From: Moniliella sp. 'wahieum'
Lineage: Eukaryota
Length of the DNA stretch: 64,000 nt
Assembly (NCBI GenBank): GCA_003971905.1
Contig: RSEE01000096.1
Location: 124,001-188,000 of the forward strand
Direction of reading: 5' to 3'
The first letter of the stretch is position 1; every line of letters starts with the position of its first letter. This document shows, piece by piece, positions 38,301 through 50,003 of this stretch. A program made the translations under genes and the position numbers. The notes below the pieces were generated by a model. It saw only the letters and a list, made by a program, of their open reading frames with translations, searched no databases and had not been told where the DNA came from.

Positions 38301-38745
38301 ACTGATGGTGTACGGTGTGCCGGTGTCGTGGCGATCCATTCTTCAGCCGAAGAGCGTTACCAGTACCGCCGCCGCCGAATATACGGCAGGATATGATGGA
38401 CTGGTTGACGCCAACTATGTCAAGAACATCATGATCGAGCTTGGGGCCATCGGCGAGGGTACACCCATTCATTGGTATTGCGACAATAAGTCTGTCGTCG
38501 ATCTCGCCCACAAATTTGGCAGCACCGGCAAGCTCCGAGAGCTGAAGATCCGGTACCACAATGTACGGCAACACGTGGACTCGGGCGAGGCCATACTTGT
38601 ACACATCCCCGGCGAAAGGAACCCAGCGGACGTCCTCACCAAGCCTCTCGGCCGTCCCGCCCTGACAAGCCATCTTGCTCAACTCCGCGTCGAGGAGATG
38701 GATCCAGTCCACATGACTGGGCCCTCCGGTCAGCGGGGGTGTTGA
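35305..38745 (+). CDS. pol: Retrotransposon Pol (protease, integrase, reverse transcriptase, RNase H)
   Basis: YDSGA protease; integrase HVDVVD/VDDFTR/RTDNAPE/SNGVAER; RT DVNAAYLNA, LKKSLYGLHQSG, HTDD; RNase H YTDSDLAGD, CDNKS, NPADVLTKPL; the ORF ends inside the 3' LTR. Confidence 0.97.
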   Translation, partial: ELGGEMRIIRALYDSGAFPSIWKDKSVFTSMTPCDDEIEVANGTHVKAEGRGTATIRIRCLGGHQMEIKLPNSLYMPRFSRNLVSVAHLSNTGIASYFAPHQKGIWLGNPGSTLRKVTGSDYQFTILHNRERHPHPAAMATKTDQTGRPPSTPNSLAASLALDHVSKAHKRWNHAAIDLLPWLTRSEPQASASQPSISLLGVVQSGIAQHARGTSDSIAHPSRDRLRSKRPFEVLHVDVVDLPRVTGMGHGYALVAVDDFTRYVFTTAIPTKGAATKELRNLILREQRYGPDRLLRTLRTDNAPELTSALQPFLDEQGITSERTIPGQSASNGVAERAIRTITTRARQLLLGTGLPTSDWWEHSLHAACFTQNQMPLKTSGEDNKSRFERYKGHAYSLPMQPFGRVAYLHLPESRREHKLSARAEEGMLVGYHHQRGSKGWLFATYQPSLGTFTYRWSKPYKWGNAIYPHLHPDHFPPDISKSPQIKIDSEKDANPTPPAAAAPMPRTAATPQTPAPTTTPPPRRYPLRQRTTRTSLDLHTLPIADDPTDTTYHARAAAATPHCAAPEIGIARPLPDTSAPPFADTVQPPEYAAMTALSAPIHPDTVQLTKDGVPLAPKTLKGLETHPSFAMVKQAMADEVATLARYGTYEATYPPPGAQILIGLWRITTKTDAEGRFLRHRARFVAGGHQQSAETWGQTFAPSVRTPAILTLVVLAEKYKFGLFSADVNAAYLNAPLEEAVYIRPPPYFPEAGGRVWRLKKSLYGLHQSGANWARYIRNLLRDKLGFTQSLTEPCLFVRAAPPGEQILLAVHTDDLLLACKSHQKYEEFMAEINTHIDVRGNGPLHYHLGCQYDRIGGELYLSQPKFIEEVVAKHHIKAPWIRTLPHPVRMIPPRADPEPPSLPALRKAYQGKIGSGLWAARMGRPDSLFAITALSRAAADPSQQHHQAVDDFLRYLYHTRGKGLRLTPTSDAPAIALYTDSDLAGDPIQARSTSGCLLMVYGVPVSWRSILQPKSVTSTAAAEYTAGYDGLVDANYVKNIMIELGAIGEGTPIHWYCDNKSVVDLAHKFGSTGKLRELKIRYHNVRQHVDSGEAILVHIPGERNPADVLTKPLGRPALTSHLAQLRVEEMDPVHMTGPSGQRGC

Positions 38746-38899
38746 CATCCGTCCTAGGACCGCGCGGACCCTGAGTCACGTGAGTCAGCTTTCATTCCTT
38801 CCGAGCTCGCACCAGTCTTCTGGACGAGTCAGTCGCAGAAGCTTCTTAGTCCAATACGACGTTCAGTGCTCACATTCTGTGGTAGTAGCGAGGCCGACA
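38740..38899 (+). repeat. 3' LTR
   Basis: Direct repeat of 33848-34007, followed by TSD CATTG. Confidence 0.97.
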
Positions 38900-40894
38900 C
38901 ATTGGTACTAAAAGTCTCTCCGCTGACCCAGCTAATCTCCGTGAGGACTGCGTCTACGGCACAGGTGGACAGAGCCAGGTGGAAGTGGCAACAGGTGGCA
39001 ACTTGACATGTACCCTGCAACCGTTCTGTACTCTACAGCTTGGGGAGGTGGGACGGCGCTGGCGGCCCAGCGCGGTGTGGAGGGAAATATGCAACCAGTT
39101 CGTGTCGAGTGAGCGAAGTACTGAGAGAGGTCGGGTGGGTGTGGTGTGCGACGGCAGGACGGGTGGCTCGTGCGCTTGGATTTGGCCACCGGACGTGGGT
39201 TGGGAGTGTGGTTGTGGGTCCAGATGCGAGCGAGGGGAGCGCAAGATGGGGCGAGTCGAGTGGAGAGTCTAGTCTAGTCAAGGGCCGAGGGAAGAGGGAG
39301 GGGTGAGACAGGCGAGGCCGATGGCCGCCGATGCTCTTTTTTCGATGGGCGATGTGTGCCGCAGAGGGTAAGTGTGGGCCAGGGGTTATGCCCTGTCCTC
39401 TTGTGCTTGTACATACCGCCTCACGCGCTTCAACCCGCGGCGCGGGGCCAGTGCGCCGGCGCCTGCTCGGGCCCAGTCCCCGTCCCCGGCACCGCAGCCC
39501 GCACGAGACTGCACCCTCGACGACGCCGGCAGCGGCCCACCCATCACACACGCCCGATCTGCCAGATCGCAGGTGGCGGTCCCCGCACCAGCGCAGCCAC
39601 CCGCCCACACTGCCCCGGCACCGGCACTTGCCTGGAGCGCAGCCGGCCAGTGGCCTCTCCCTGGGCGGGGGGGAAGGGTCCCCGGCGCTGGCGCCATGCC
39701 ACCGTCCGCCAAATGCGACGCGCTGCTGCGACCAGGTGACACATGTGAACCAGGTGACATGGCACGCGTGACGCATGATGGCGCAGATGCCTGGATGCCG
39801 CACCGGCAAGTGCCCCCGCACACTGCTGCTGCGCGACCCGGCGAGCAGCTGCGATGGCCGCATGGGGGCAGTGCCAGGGCCGCAGTGCTCAGCTCAAGCG
39901 CTTGGTTTCCGCTTTGGGGCAGGCGTGACGCGTGACGCGTGAGCTCTGAGATCGGACAGGGAAAGGCGACAGTGAGTAGTGGTAGTGGGTAGGGTAGTGT
40001 AGTGACTAGTGATAGTGACTAGTGACTAGTGAGAATGCGCAGCGACCGGTGACCGGCGAGGCTCACGCCGCGTGCTTGCTTGCGTTGACGCCACCGCCTT
40101 CGTCGGCCGCCACACCTCCCCACCCGTGCCTTGGTTGCTGTCTGCGCCGCCTGCCTCTGCCGCGCCGCCACCTCCGCCCCGTCCCGCCCTCCTCTGTGGG
40201 CCCCTGGCTGCGTCCCTGCGCACCCACTCCTCCCCTCCCCGCGCGTGACCAGGGAACGTGCTGAACGTTGAACTGGTGCCTCGCGACTAGTCACTACACC
40301 GCCCGCCCCGCGCGCCCCCCGCCACCGCCGCGTCGCCCTTCCGCCGCCGCTGTGCCACCGCGTCCGTCAGCTCTTCCTGACATCTAAGGGGATTCCCTCC
40401 CCCCTTCTCCTCCGTCTCCTCTGCCTCTGCCTCTGCCTCTTCCGTTCCCCCCTCCACCTCCCCCGCCGTCCGATTCGCGTTCTCCGACCCGCCGTCTCGA
40501 ACGCCCGCCCATACTCCCATAGGGCTCTCTTTGTGCCATCCGTACATGGCTCTCTGATCGTCCGCATCCTACACCTTTGTTGACCTTCCGTATGTACTTC
40601 ATTCCCTCCCCCTGCTAGCAGTGGACTGACCGTCGTACTCTTGCGTGCCGCTCTCAACAGGATACGTCAAGGTCTTTCTTTCTGGTGACCACTGCGTTTC
40701 GCCCCCGTCCTCTCCTCAGCGTCTGTATTCTGCTCGCTCATATTGCTCAGAGCCAGCATCTCTTGTTACGCTGCTTGCTACCGACTGATCTTGCGACTTG
40801 GTTTTTCATTGGCGTCTGATACCGCTCCGTCTCGATGTTTGTACCATTTCAACCGTCCCCGCTCCCCCCACTCCCCCTTTTCTGTCTCCTCACC

Positions 40895-43733
40895 ATGACC
40901 GATCACCAGCACACCGAACTGTCACCTTTTTGAACATGAATCCAGGCTCTGCCTCCTTTCGGTCACCCCCACTGGTTTGACCCATCAATGATGCCCTCCC
41001 TCAGTGGCTCAGATCTTGGCTCGACAATGTTCGTGCTCTGTTTGATGTCAACATGCTCAGTTTGATCCCGAACACATTCCTACGGGCACCACGCCCCTCT
41101 TTGGCCTGCCTCCTTCCTCATGGCGACTCTGGCTTTGTCGTTGGCCTGGCACCGACTTTACTGGCTCCATGGCCCCGACCGACCGTATGGGACATATGAC
41201 CCTCGGCCTTCGGCTCCCATGGTTGTGACCGTCCCTCGGCACCTGCCTCTCAACAGGGCCAGCCGTTGGATCTCGCACGCACTGGTCAAGGCACCGTGCC
41301 CATCTCACCCAACACCTTTGCGTCTGCCCCGCCACTGGACCAAGCGATGATGGAACACGCGATGCCCATGTCAATCGACTCGGGCTACCATCAGCGTATC
41401 CTCCAATACCATCGCAGCCTGGCCCACAACCGTCTTGGCTCACAATCGCTTCCCGCGCGCCAATCCCTGGCAAAGGTACCCCTACCAATATGACCGGGGG
41501 GCAACCGCAGCTATCGCTGCAAGAGCGTCGCCGCCAGAAGCGGCTTGAGCAACAAGCCGAGGGGAGCAACAGTGTCCCATCCCGTCTCTTCTCAACAGAA
41601 GCACCCGCGTCCTCCACTGGCTTTACTCCTGATTTCCAACCCCCCGCCTCAGAGCCGCGCGAGGACGATGGACGTGACGCCTACCTTGCCACTGCAGCCG
41701 TCCTTACTCTTCATATTGACACCACTAACCCTCGCCACAGGAGGGCGGGCACCCATCCCCGCCAATTCCGTTCATGCAGGGCATTGCTGACGGTCCCGAT
41801 ACGGAGGCCAAGCAGCCGAGTGACATGTCGCCCCAGTTGCCTCAGCATCCTTACTCTGCGTCTGGGTTCGACATTCTCAAAGCGCTTATCAAGGTTGCCT
41901 CGCGGCCCAACCCGATCGTCAGCATTGGCCGGTGGATCCGTCCTGCTCCTTACCATTGTGGATGTAGAGAGACCGGACACCCGATTGTTATTGCTCGGAC
42001 ACGTTCCTCCGTCTTACGGGCTACCAGAACACGAGGGTCCTTGGACGCAATGCCGTTTCCTCCAAGCCCTGGTGGGCTGTGCAAAAAGGCTCTGCGCGGT
42101 CTTCGACGGATCACCAAGCCGTTGAACACCTGGCCAAGTTTTTGGCTCAGAACAAAGAGTGCCAAGCCAGCTTGATCAACTACCGCAAGGACGGTCAGCC
42201 GTTTATCAACCTTGTCACCATCGTGCCCATCACATGGGACGATCCGGGGCGGACCAAATACATGGTTGGTTTCCAGATTGACTGGTCGAGCAGCCCGGAT
42301 CGATTGTGGAGAAGATGCCCGACGGATCGTACTTTGTCAATTACTCGGCCGTCACACGCAGCACCTGGTGTCGGGGCCCTCACGACTGATTCTCGCACTC
42401 TTTCCCCGCGTGGATCGTGGGCACTGCGATGGTCAACCTCACTCGGAAACGTTGGCGTTGAGCGCAAACTTGACAATGCCGAGAAGGTGACCAAGGCTGT
42501 CAAGGGTAAATTGGAGGAGCCCGCTGGGCCAATTTGGTTCTCGAGAATGCCCACGACCTTACCTTGTCTATATCCTTGAAAGGGACGATGTTTTATGTGT
42601 CTCTTCCGTCGAACACATCTCGGCTTCACACCTTCCGACTGATTGGCTGCTCGATTGCCGACTTTACCATCCGTCGATGTGGTGCCCGTGTTCCGTGAGC
42701 TGAAGGACTCGACTTCAAATGCGTCTATTGCCGCCTCGGTCCGTGCGGCTCCTCACCGTCGTGGGCGGGGAACCAGCGCGACGCGGCATACAGTCAATCT
42801 TCTGTTCCGTATGCGGTGCAAAAACAACTCGTACCGTTGGATCGAGTCATTGGGCAAACTGCACCTCGAGCAAGGCAAGGGCCGGAAGGTGGTCGTGTCT
42901 ACCGGACGCCCGCGCCCTGTTTATCATCTCAATGAGAGCGTAATGACCCGCATGGCTTCGACCCAGCTTGGCTTTTGGGCTCGTGTGTCAACAGATGGAT
43001 TGTTCCTCAATGTACTGTCGCCGGTGGCCAATGTGCTGCGTGTGCCACCCCACGCATTGATGGGCAAGAAGTTTAAGGAGGTGTGCGAGGCCGATGCAGC
43101 TTTGGCGCTGCAGCAAGCTGTCCGCACTGCCCATCCCACATCTGTCTTGCATATCTTGCGCGCGGGCGAAGGACAGAAAATGTGGATTGTGTCCAGCCTG
43201 TATCCCAGTCCGCTGGTGGAACACGAGACGATCCATGCTTCGCCGCACGTGAGCGTTTGGATGCACATGGCCCGTGCAACAACTCAACAGATTGACGAGC
43301 TTCCGCCCAACACCTCCTTTTACCCGACAAGGCCGACATCACCAGTGAAGACGCGGGCCAGACCAACGTGTTCTCCGAGATGGCGCCCCTACGTGGATCG
43401 AGCTGGTACTACGAACTGCACCTGCTCAAGAACATCAACCGTCGACGAAAGAAGATCTTCGTACGGCTCATAAGAACCGTCTTGTTTCTCGTCCGAATTA
43501 TCCTTCGTTGCTCGACCCTTTCCTGCCCGCAGGCAGACGCGGACGCCGCTCTCCCAAAAACGCACCGTTGAGCGATACGCTTATCCGGGAGATGCTGTAT
43601 CATGCTCTGCAGCCGCAACCGGGCGAGCGCGGACCGTTCGCCCCGCTCCAAGGCGCCCCGCTTGTACCCGTTCATCCTCAGGCGATGGTAGTGCCGACAG
43701 TCGCTCTTCCGACTCGGCTTCCCTGTCCAACCT

Positions 43734-43766
<33 letters not shown>

Positions 43767-44061
43767 CTTTGGATCTGGCACTCGCTCTGGCACTCGATCC
43801 ACCCTGTCTTCTGATATGCTCGGACCGCGTGAAAGTACCGAGTTTACCAGTGCCACGTCGTTCCTTGCGCCGGAAGAGAGCGAGAAGGAAGTCAAGTCCG
43901 ACACACACATTCTCTTTTGGCGACACCTTTCGTGCGTACGATATGACATCGGGACAGACCGAGTCGAACAAATCTTCTTCCCTTCTTAGTACGGAGTACC
44001 TTTCGTCTCTCAACCCTTCCTCCGCTTCCACCCTCTCCCGCGACCTGTCCAGCACACTTGC

Positions 44062-44093
<32 letters not shown>

Positions 44094-44170
44094 CTCCGGC
44101 TCTGGATCGGGCAGTGCACTATAACCATGCATCATGGATCACTACATGCATCACTCACATGGATCACTAG
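40895..44170 (+). CDS. wc-1: White Collar-1 blue-light photoreceptor (LOV + 2 PAS, no GATA zinc finger)
   Basis: YSASGFDILKALIKVASRPNP; GRN-CRFLQ (1-nt indel at ~42050); QASLINYRKDGQPFINLVTIVPI; DVVPVFRELKD; WIESLGKLHLEQGKGRK; FSEMAPLRGSSWYYELH. Start and end approximate. Confidence 0.92.
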
Positions 44171-45441
44171 GCACCTACCCGACCGAGCAACGGTACAGCC
44201 CACCCTATTCTTCTTCTCTCCTATCTCTCCTATCCCCCCCATCCCCCCCATCCGCCCACCGGTGCGCGCCCTTAATTGGCGCCCTGAGTCCGGACCGACT
44301 ACGGTCCTCTTATCCCTGCTCGCATCTTGCCCTTGCCCTTGCCCTTACCAACCGTCTTCTTGCCCTGCTCTTGCTCCTGCTCTGTGCACGTGTGCTATCT
44401 GGATTGTGCTATCGGATTGTATCCACGATCCACCGTTCCCTGGACGACGGCTGTTGAAACATGCTCTTTGCCTTTCGTCGCTGCCACTCGTACTCTTTAT
44501 CGTTACTCTACAGGTGCATGTCGTATGTGTAGTGTGTAATGTAGTGTGCCGAAGTAGTATATGCCCGCAATCCACAGTCTGGACCAAACCTCTACTAAAC
44601 TACCTACTAGTCGTAGGGCCGTGCCAACACTCCCAGCATCCACCGCGCAACAGACTGTAGTCCAGGCCCTCCCCTCCATTTATCGGGTGTCCTCTCATAA
44701 TCGTGATCGGGTCAACGTACTACTACCCGTGCGCCCTTCTGCATAGTACAACTGGCCCGAATCCCTAACTTTAACCGGATCGGTTTCCCATGCAACAGAC
44801 GGACATAGAAACGGCATGCATAGTACCATGTGCATGCCACACGTAACATGTACTAACCATGCCAGTACCATGTACCATGTAACACCATACAGAATTATTG
44901 ACACAGAGTGCGAACAAACAACCGGACGCTTGGTTGGCGGGCGATGACTCGGACGGAGCGCGGGGTCCGATACGAGGGGAGAAAGAAACTAAGTGTGCTC
45001 GAATCAGTAGTGCGGCAACTGAGCTTGCTCATGCTCTTGCTGGTGCAAGCGTCCGAGGGCCTTTTGGGTGGCGGTGCGTACGCGGGGCGAAGGTCGCCAG
45101 ACCGGTTGGTGCCCTTCGTCCGTCTCGGACGGATGGGAAGAAAGTGAAGTGCGACTTGCGGCCGTGCGACCCGTCGCGCCTGTCGGTTGACGCGACAAGC
45201 TCATCCCTGCTCCTGGGCCAGTCGCGCTCCCAGTCCCACTCCCAGACCCAGACCCGTTTCCAGCCCCGGACCAGGCCGACCGACCAGCCTGCGACGATCG
45301 CTCCAAAGACCGCTCTTCAATGTCCATCAACGGTTCTCCGTACCGATACGCACCAGCCGTATCCCACTTGCTGCCCTCGAGCAACGCCGTCACCCCACTC
45401 TCCTCCCCGCCGCGTCATCGTACCCGTCCTGATCGTCGTAC

Positions 45442-48400
45442 TCATCTCGTCTCGCCCATCCTTCCCGTCCCATACGGCGAGCCATAACTCTCCGCCGGCG
45501 CAGTGGGCAGAGACTTGTCCACCGGGGCGGTAGGTGCCGCTGACACTGTTGCGGCAAGGACTGGGTCTTGTGTGGATGCGGCTCCGGATATGGGTGCTGG
45601 TGGCGGTGCAGAGAGCAGGGTAGGTGCTGCGGTGCCGCCGAGCGGCGAGATGGACTGGGTGGGCGAGCAGGGCGAGCCAACGGACCGCGGGGGTCCAGAG
45701 GTCGGGGTAATGGGTACCCCAGACAAGTGGGAGCGCTGACTCAGGGTTCCCATCGTGGCCAAGCTCGAGGCTGGGCCGGAGTGCGAACTGTACTCGGACC
45801 CGTACGCCGACGAGAGAAGCGACGGGTCGTAGCCTGAGCCCGAGGAGGTGGCGCCGGAGGAAGTGGGGGTAAGTCGAATCACTTCCATCCCCGGGCCTTG
45901 GCTTTGACTTTGGGACGAGGCTGAAGCCGAAGAGGCATTCCCTCCCTCCCGGAGCGGGACCAAGCCGCAGGCGAGCCCAAAGTGACACCCAGAGAGTTGG
46001 TTGACGCGCTGTCCTGCCCACTTGCCATCGGCGTACGCCCGCCTGCGCTTCGGCCGATTGTCCACTGGTACGCTCCGTCATGACCGCCGGTGAGGGCAAG
46101 GCAGCCTCAGACGAACGGGGGTACGTCGACACGTCCGACCGGCCGGGTCCGTGCCCAGGCTAGACCACGACGTAAGGCTACCGTGAGTGGGAGGGGGGAG
46201 TTGTCCCACGTCGCGCTCGCCCTCGCGCTCGCCCTGGGCCTCGGCCTCGACGCCTCGCACAGGGACCAAGGTGGGTGCCGAAGCACGTTCCAACGCGGCG
46301 CGACGTGCCTCGGGCGAATGACGCTTCCCGTCCCACAACACGTTACCATCCTCCTCATTGCTGCCGTTAGGATCGACGGGGTTTTGGTCTCGTCCAGCGC
46401 GGCACCTGCGCCTCGGGCACACTCAGCAGCTCCAACGGCTCATCCACACCTTGGTAGTTAGGCTGTTTGCCACGCGGCGTCGCCGAGCCATACCGTTCCT
46501 GTTCACCCGCCAATGTCATGGCCATCGCCGCGCCCGCACCGCCCATCGTCGTGCTTCCTGCCCCTAACGTCAACGATGGAGACGACGTGGGCGGAGTTGC
46601 ACTCGCTTCGCTGTGTGGGCTGGCAAGCGCGGCCGACGGCGCAGGCCGCGAACTCAACCGTGCAAACAGCAGTTGCTGCGAAGGACGGTGGGAGCGCGAG
46701 TTTTCCCGGCTGGGTCCGCTCATGAGAGAGGGCGAGGTCAAGGTGGACGGTTCGGTGGTATTGGTCAGGGCGGTCAGGGTGGTATCGGCGCCAGTTGTGT
46801 GCTGGGTACCAGCACGGTGCAAGGGCGACAGACGAGCATCGCGTCGGGCCGGTGCTACGGCCAAATACTCCCTTTGGTCCCGGTCGACGGGCTGGGGCTG
46901 GGGCTCGGCACCGGCACCACCATCCAAAGTGTCCCTAGCAGCGTACCAGGGTTGACCTGGTTCCGACCGATGCTCCTCGGGGTTCGCAGCGATCAACGGT
47001 TCCGCCGACGCCCGGCACATGGGCGGGGGCGTGGTACCACGCCCCGCGATCGGGGTCAGGATCTTGCTCCAACAAACTCGTATCCTCTTCCTGTGCTTCG
47101 GAAGCAAACCTTCGACTGGAAGTGCGTCGGCCAGCTACCGCAGCAACAAACGCACCGATTCCCCGCGACCGGCGCTCCGGCTGGCATAGCGCCCGGGACA
47201 CCTGTGCTGCGCGAAGCCGGCTGGTGAGGGTAGCGAGGGCCCGTGGGAGAAACGAACGAGGAGTGCGAGGTGGGCGTAGCGTAGTCTGCCGCTACTACTG
47301 CCCCGTTGGTCGAGGCGGGCGTGGAGGCCATGGTAAAGTGCGAACCGAGCGAGGTTCCTGGTAGGCATCTTGCCTCTCGTTGCCTACAGCAGCATAGGTT
47401 CCTTTTCCGCCTGAACGAAGACCAAAGAAGCGGGGGTTAGCCGCTGGTGGGACCGGGCACAGGCTCACCGGCTTCCATCTTCTCGGTCGCTGTAAGACCC
47501 GACCGGTGTACCGATCTTCCAGCCCGTACGGGTCGCGCTGCCGCCTGCGCCGACGGTAACACAGCCACGCGAGAAGAGTTAGCAGACCCAACAGGGCCAG
47601 CGCACCGAAAAAGGAGCCGAGCGCGATCCCGACAATCTGCCGGGCGAAAGTTTGGAACTGCTGTTCCCAGAGTGACTTCCAGGGTGGGACACACCATTGT
47701 TGGAAGAAGGGAAAGCGCCTGCCACGCCCGTCGTAGGTGACGGCGTCGTGGATGGAAAAGGGAAAGTCGGTATGGAGACTGGAGGTGAAACTGGAGGGTG
47801 TACCAGCCTGGTTGGGGCTCTGGCTCGAGGCCGAAGCAGAGGAGGCCAACATGCTGGATACAGTATCCGTATCAGAGGGAGCAGCATCGCTGCTACTTTC
47901 GACGGACCAATGGGGGAAGCACTGGCCGATGAAACACCACCCCGAGAAGCGCTACCAGGGGAAGCACTGCCGGACGAGGCACTGGCCGACGAGGCACTAA
48001 ACGAAGAAGAATGAGCTTGGGAGCCCGTCTTGCTCTCTGGACTCGGGGGCACCGAGGAAAAGGGCTGGCTAGCGTGGGTTGAACCAGACGGGCGTGAAGC
48101 GGAAGAAGACGAATCCTGGGCAGAGACCGAGGCAGAGGTAGAGGCGGAAGCAGAGGGATGATGACTAGTCCGGCTCAATCCATGGTCCGGTGACTTGGAC
48201 GCAGCCGAACCGGAGGGAACGACAGCATGAGAATGGGAGAAGGAACCAGTGGATACACTTTCCGAGCTACTTTGGGCAGAAGATGGCGTGTCGAGCGGGG
48301 ACGAGTGCTACGAGAACTTGGATGCGCAGCTGAAGGTGTGGGTTCGGGGGCGGAGTGGGGCCCGCTCTTGTGTTCCGAGTGGGTGCTGTGGGATTCTGTA

Positions 48401-48530
48401 TGCCACAGGTCAGGACAAGAGGTACCAGCGATGGCGAACGCAACAAGAGGAACAAGGACGTACCTCCAGACGGGCGGGGGAGCGTGTGGGTATGCGAGTG
48501 GGATGCCGTGTTGCTGGCACTGGCACTGGG
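45442..48530 (-). CDS. Hypothetical single-pass membrane protein with Ser-rich ectodomain
   Basis: Hydrophobic segment WRYVLVPLVAFAIAG near the 5' end, Ser/Ala-rich tract, TM helix IVGIALGSFFGALALLGLLTLLAWLCY followed by RRRRR, long disordered tail; frameshifted. Confidence 0.45.
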
Positions 48531-49899
48531 ACGGAAGAGCCAGAGTGGGGGCCGCCGTGCTCGGTGGAAGCGGCCGAGGGATGGGGGCGAGGCGGGTCTG
48601 TGGGCTGGCGGAGTGGTGGCTGGCGTGCGTGGCGGCGTGGCTGCTGGCCAGATGTGAGGAGGAGGCGGATGAGGGGCTCCGTTGGTGGAGGTGTGGGGGC
48701 GCGAAGCGGAGTGGGGGGGCATGTGACTGCGGCTTCTGCTGCTGCTTTCGCGGGGGGGGGGAAGAGATGAGGAGGAGGAGGACTGCGAGGCAGGCGTGTG
48801 CTGGCGGCGGGGTGCGGACGGGAGGGGCGGGTGCCGAGGGACGGGCGGGAGGGCTGCGTCGGAGGGGAGGGTTGTATACGATGGTGTACTCGGTGGTGGC
48901 GTAGGTGCGGGTGGCGGTGCGTGTCTTGACCGAGGGTCCACGGGAGGGGTCGGCGGGGAAGACGAGGAGGTGGGTGGTGGTGCGGGTGCGGGTGGTGGTG
49001 GCGGTGGTCCAGGCGCTTGTAGGAGAGCCAGGAGGGGAGCACCATGGCCGTGGGCCCGGGCGGGGCGGTGCGCCGGGCAGGGTGGAGGTGGCGACGGCCG
49101 AGGCGGAGACCTTGCCGTGCGGGGGCATGGAGGTGGGCTGGGCGCGGGCGCGCACGACAGTGACGGCGGTGAGGGTGGTGGGGGGGAGGCGGGCGCGCGG
49201 AGGAGGCGAAGCAGACGAGGCATCACAGGCGTGTTGACCCAGATTCCAGCTCCCAGCACCGCCCCACGGCACCGCAAAGTTTCAAGCACGCCTGCCTGCC
49301 CCCGTGCCTGCTCACACACACCGCCGCCCTGCTGCCTCCGAGAGCAACCCTACCGGCCGCTCTGCAGCCGCGTAGACGCGAATCAATCCATCAGAAAATC
49401 ATCCAATCATCAATCACCTCCGCTCGCTCCGCCCGTGCGAGGGCTGGCTGGCCATCGACGGGGCGTGGATCATCCATCATCCACCTCGTCGGCATCAACA
49501 CAAAGCGTATGCATGCCCCCCCCCCCCGCCAATACCCTATCGTATATCGTTCTGGTCCGGAGCCTTCTGTGCTGACTCACCCTGCTTTGTGGTCGGTCTT
49601 CAGCGCCCACGAGCTCAAAGAGCACAAATGAAAGGGTGGGCGGTTAGAGATCAAAATGCGAAGGCGGTGGCGAATCCAACCTGTCATGGAGTCGGAAACG
49701 CCGCGACAAAAACGTCACACGCGCATCATCGATGCGTGATGGCATGTGACATGTGCATGACCTAGGCCACAAAGGCCATAGGTCAACAAGAGCTGTTTCG
49801 TCTCCTCCCTCTTTCGACGTTATAGATGCTGATGCGCTGATGGCGTTAGGGCAGGGATGGGCCTACCCTCGAAGGGCGAAACCGCTGGCGTGCCATATA

Positions 49900-50003
49900 G
49901 CTTCGTTGGCGCAGTTGGCTAGCGCGCAGGTCTCATACGCCCTGCTTGTGAGTCGTTGAACCACGTCATCCTGAGGTCGCCAGTTCGAGCCTGGCACGAA
50001 GCA
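49900..50003 (+). tRNA. Elongator tRNA-Met (CAT) with 30-nt intron (49938-49967)
   Basis: Acceptor stem GCTTCGT/ACGAAGC; D arm TGGCGCAGTTGGCTAGCGC; anticodon stem CAGGT/TCCTG with the T31:T39 pair typical of eukaryotic elongator Met; T arm GCCAG-TTCGAGC-CTGGC; TTTTT terminator at 50008-50012. Confidence 0.95.

Larger units (their letters stand above)
33848..38899 (+). mobile_element. Full-length Ty1/copia LTR retrotransposon (5052 bp)
   Basis: 160-bp TG...CA LTRs, 5-bp TSD CATTG (33843-33847 and 38900-38904), short PPT AGCGGGGG before the 3' LTR, PR-IN-RT-RH domain order. Confidence 0.98.

Noticed and set aside
11274..44170. Calling the frameshifted genes pseudogenes
   Set aside because: Motifs and splice sites are intact and essential genes are affected equally; sequencing indels are the simpler explanation.
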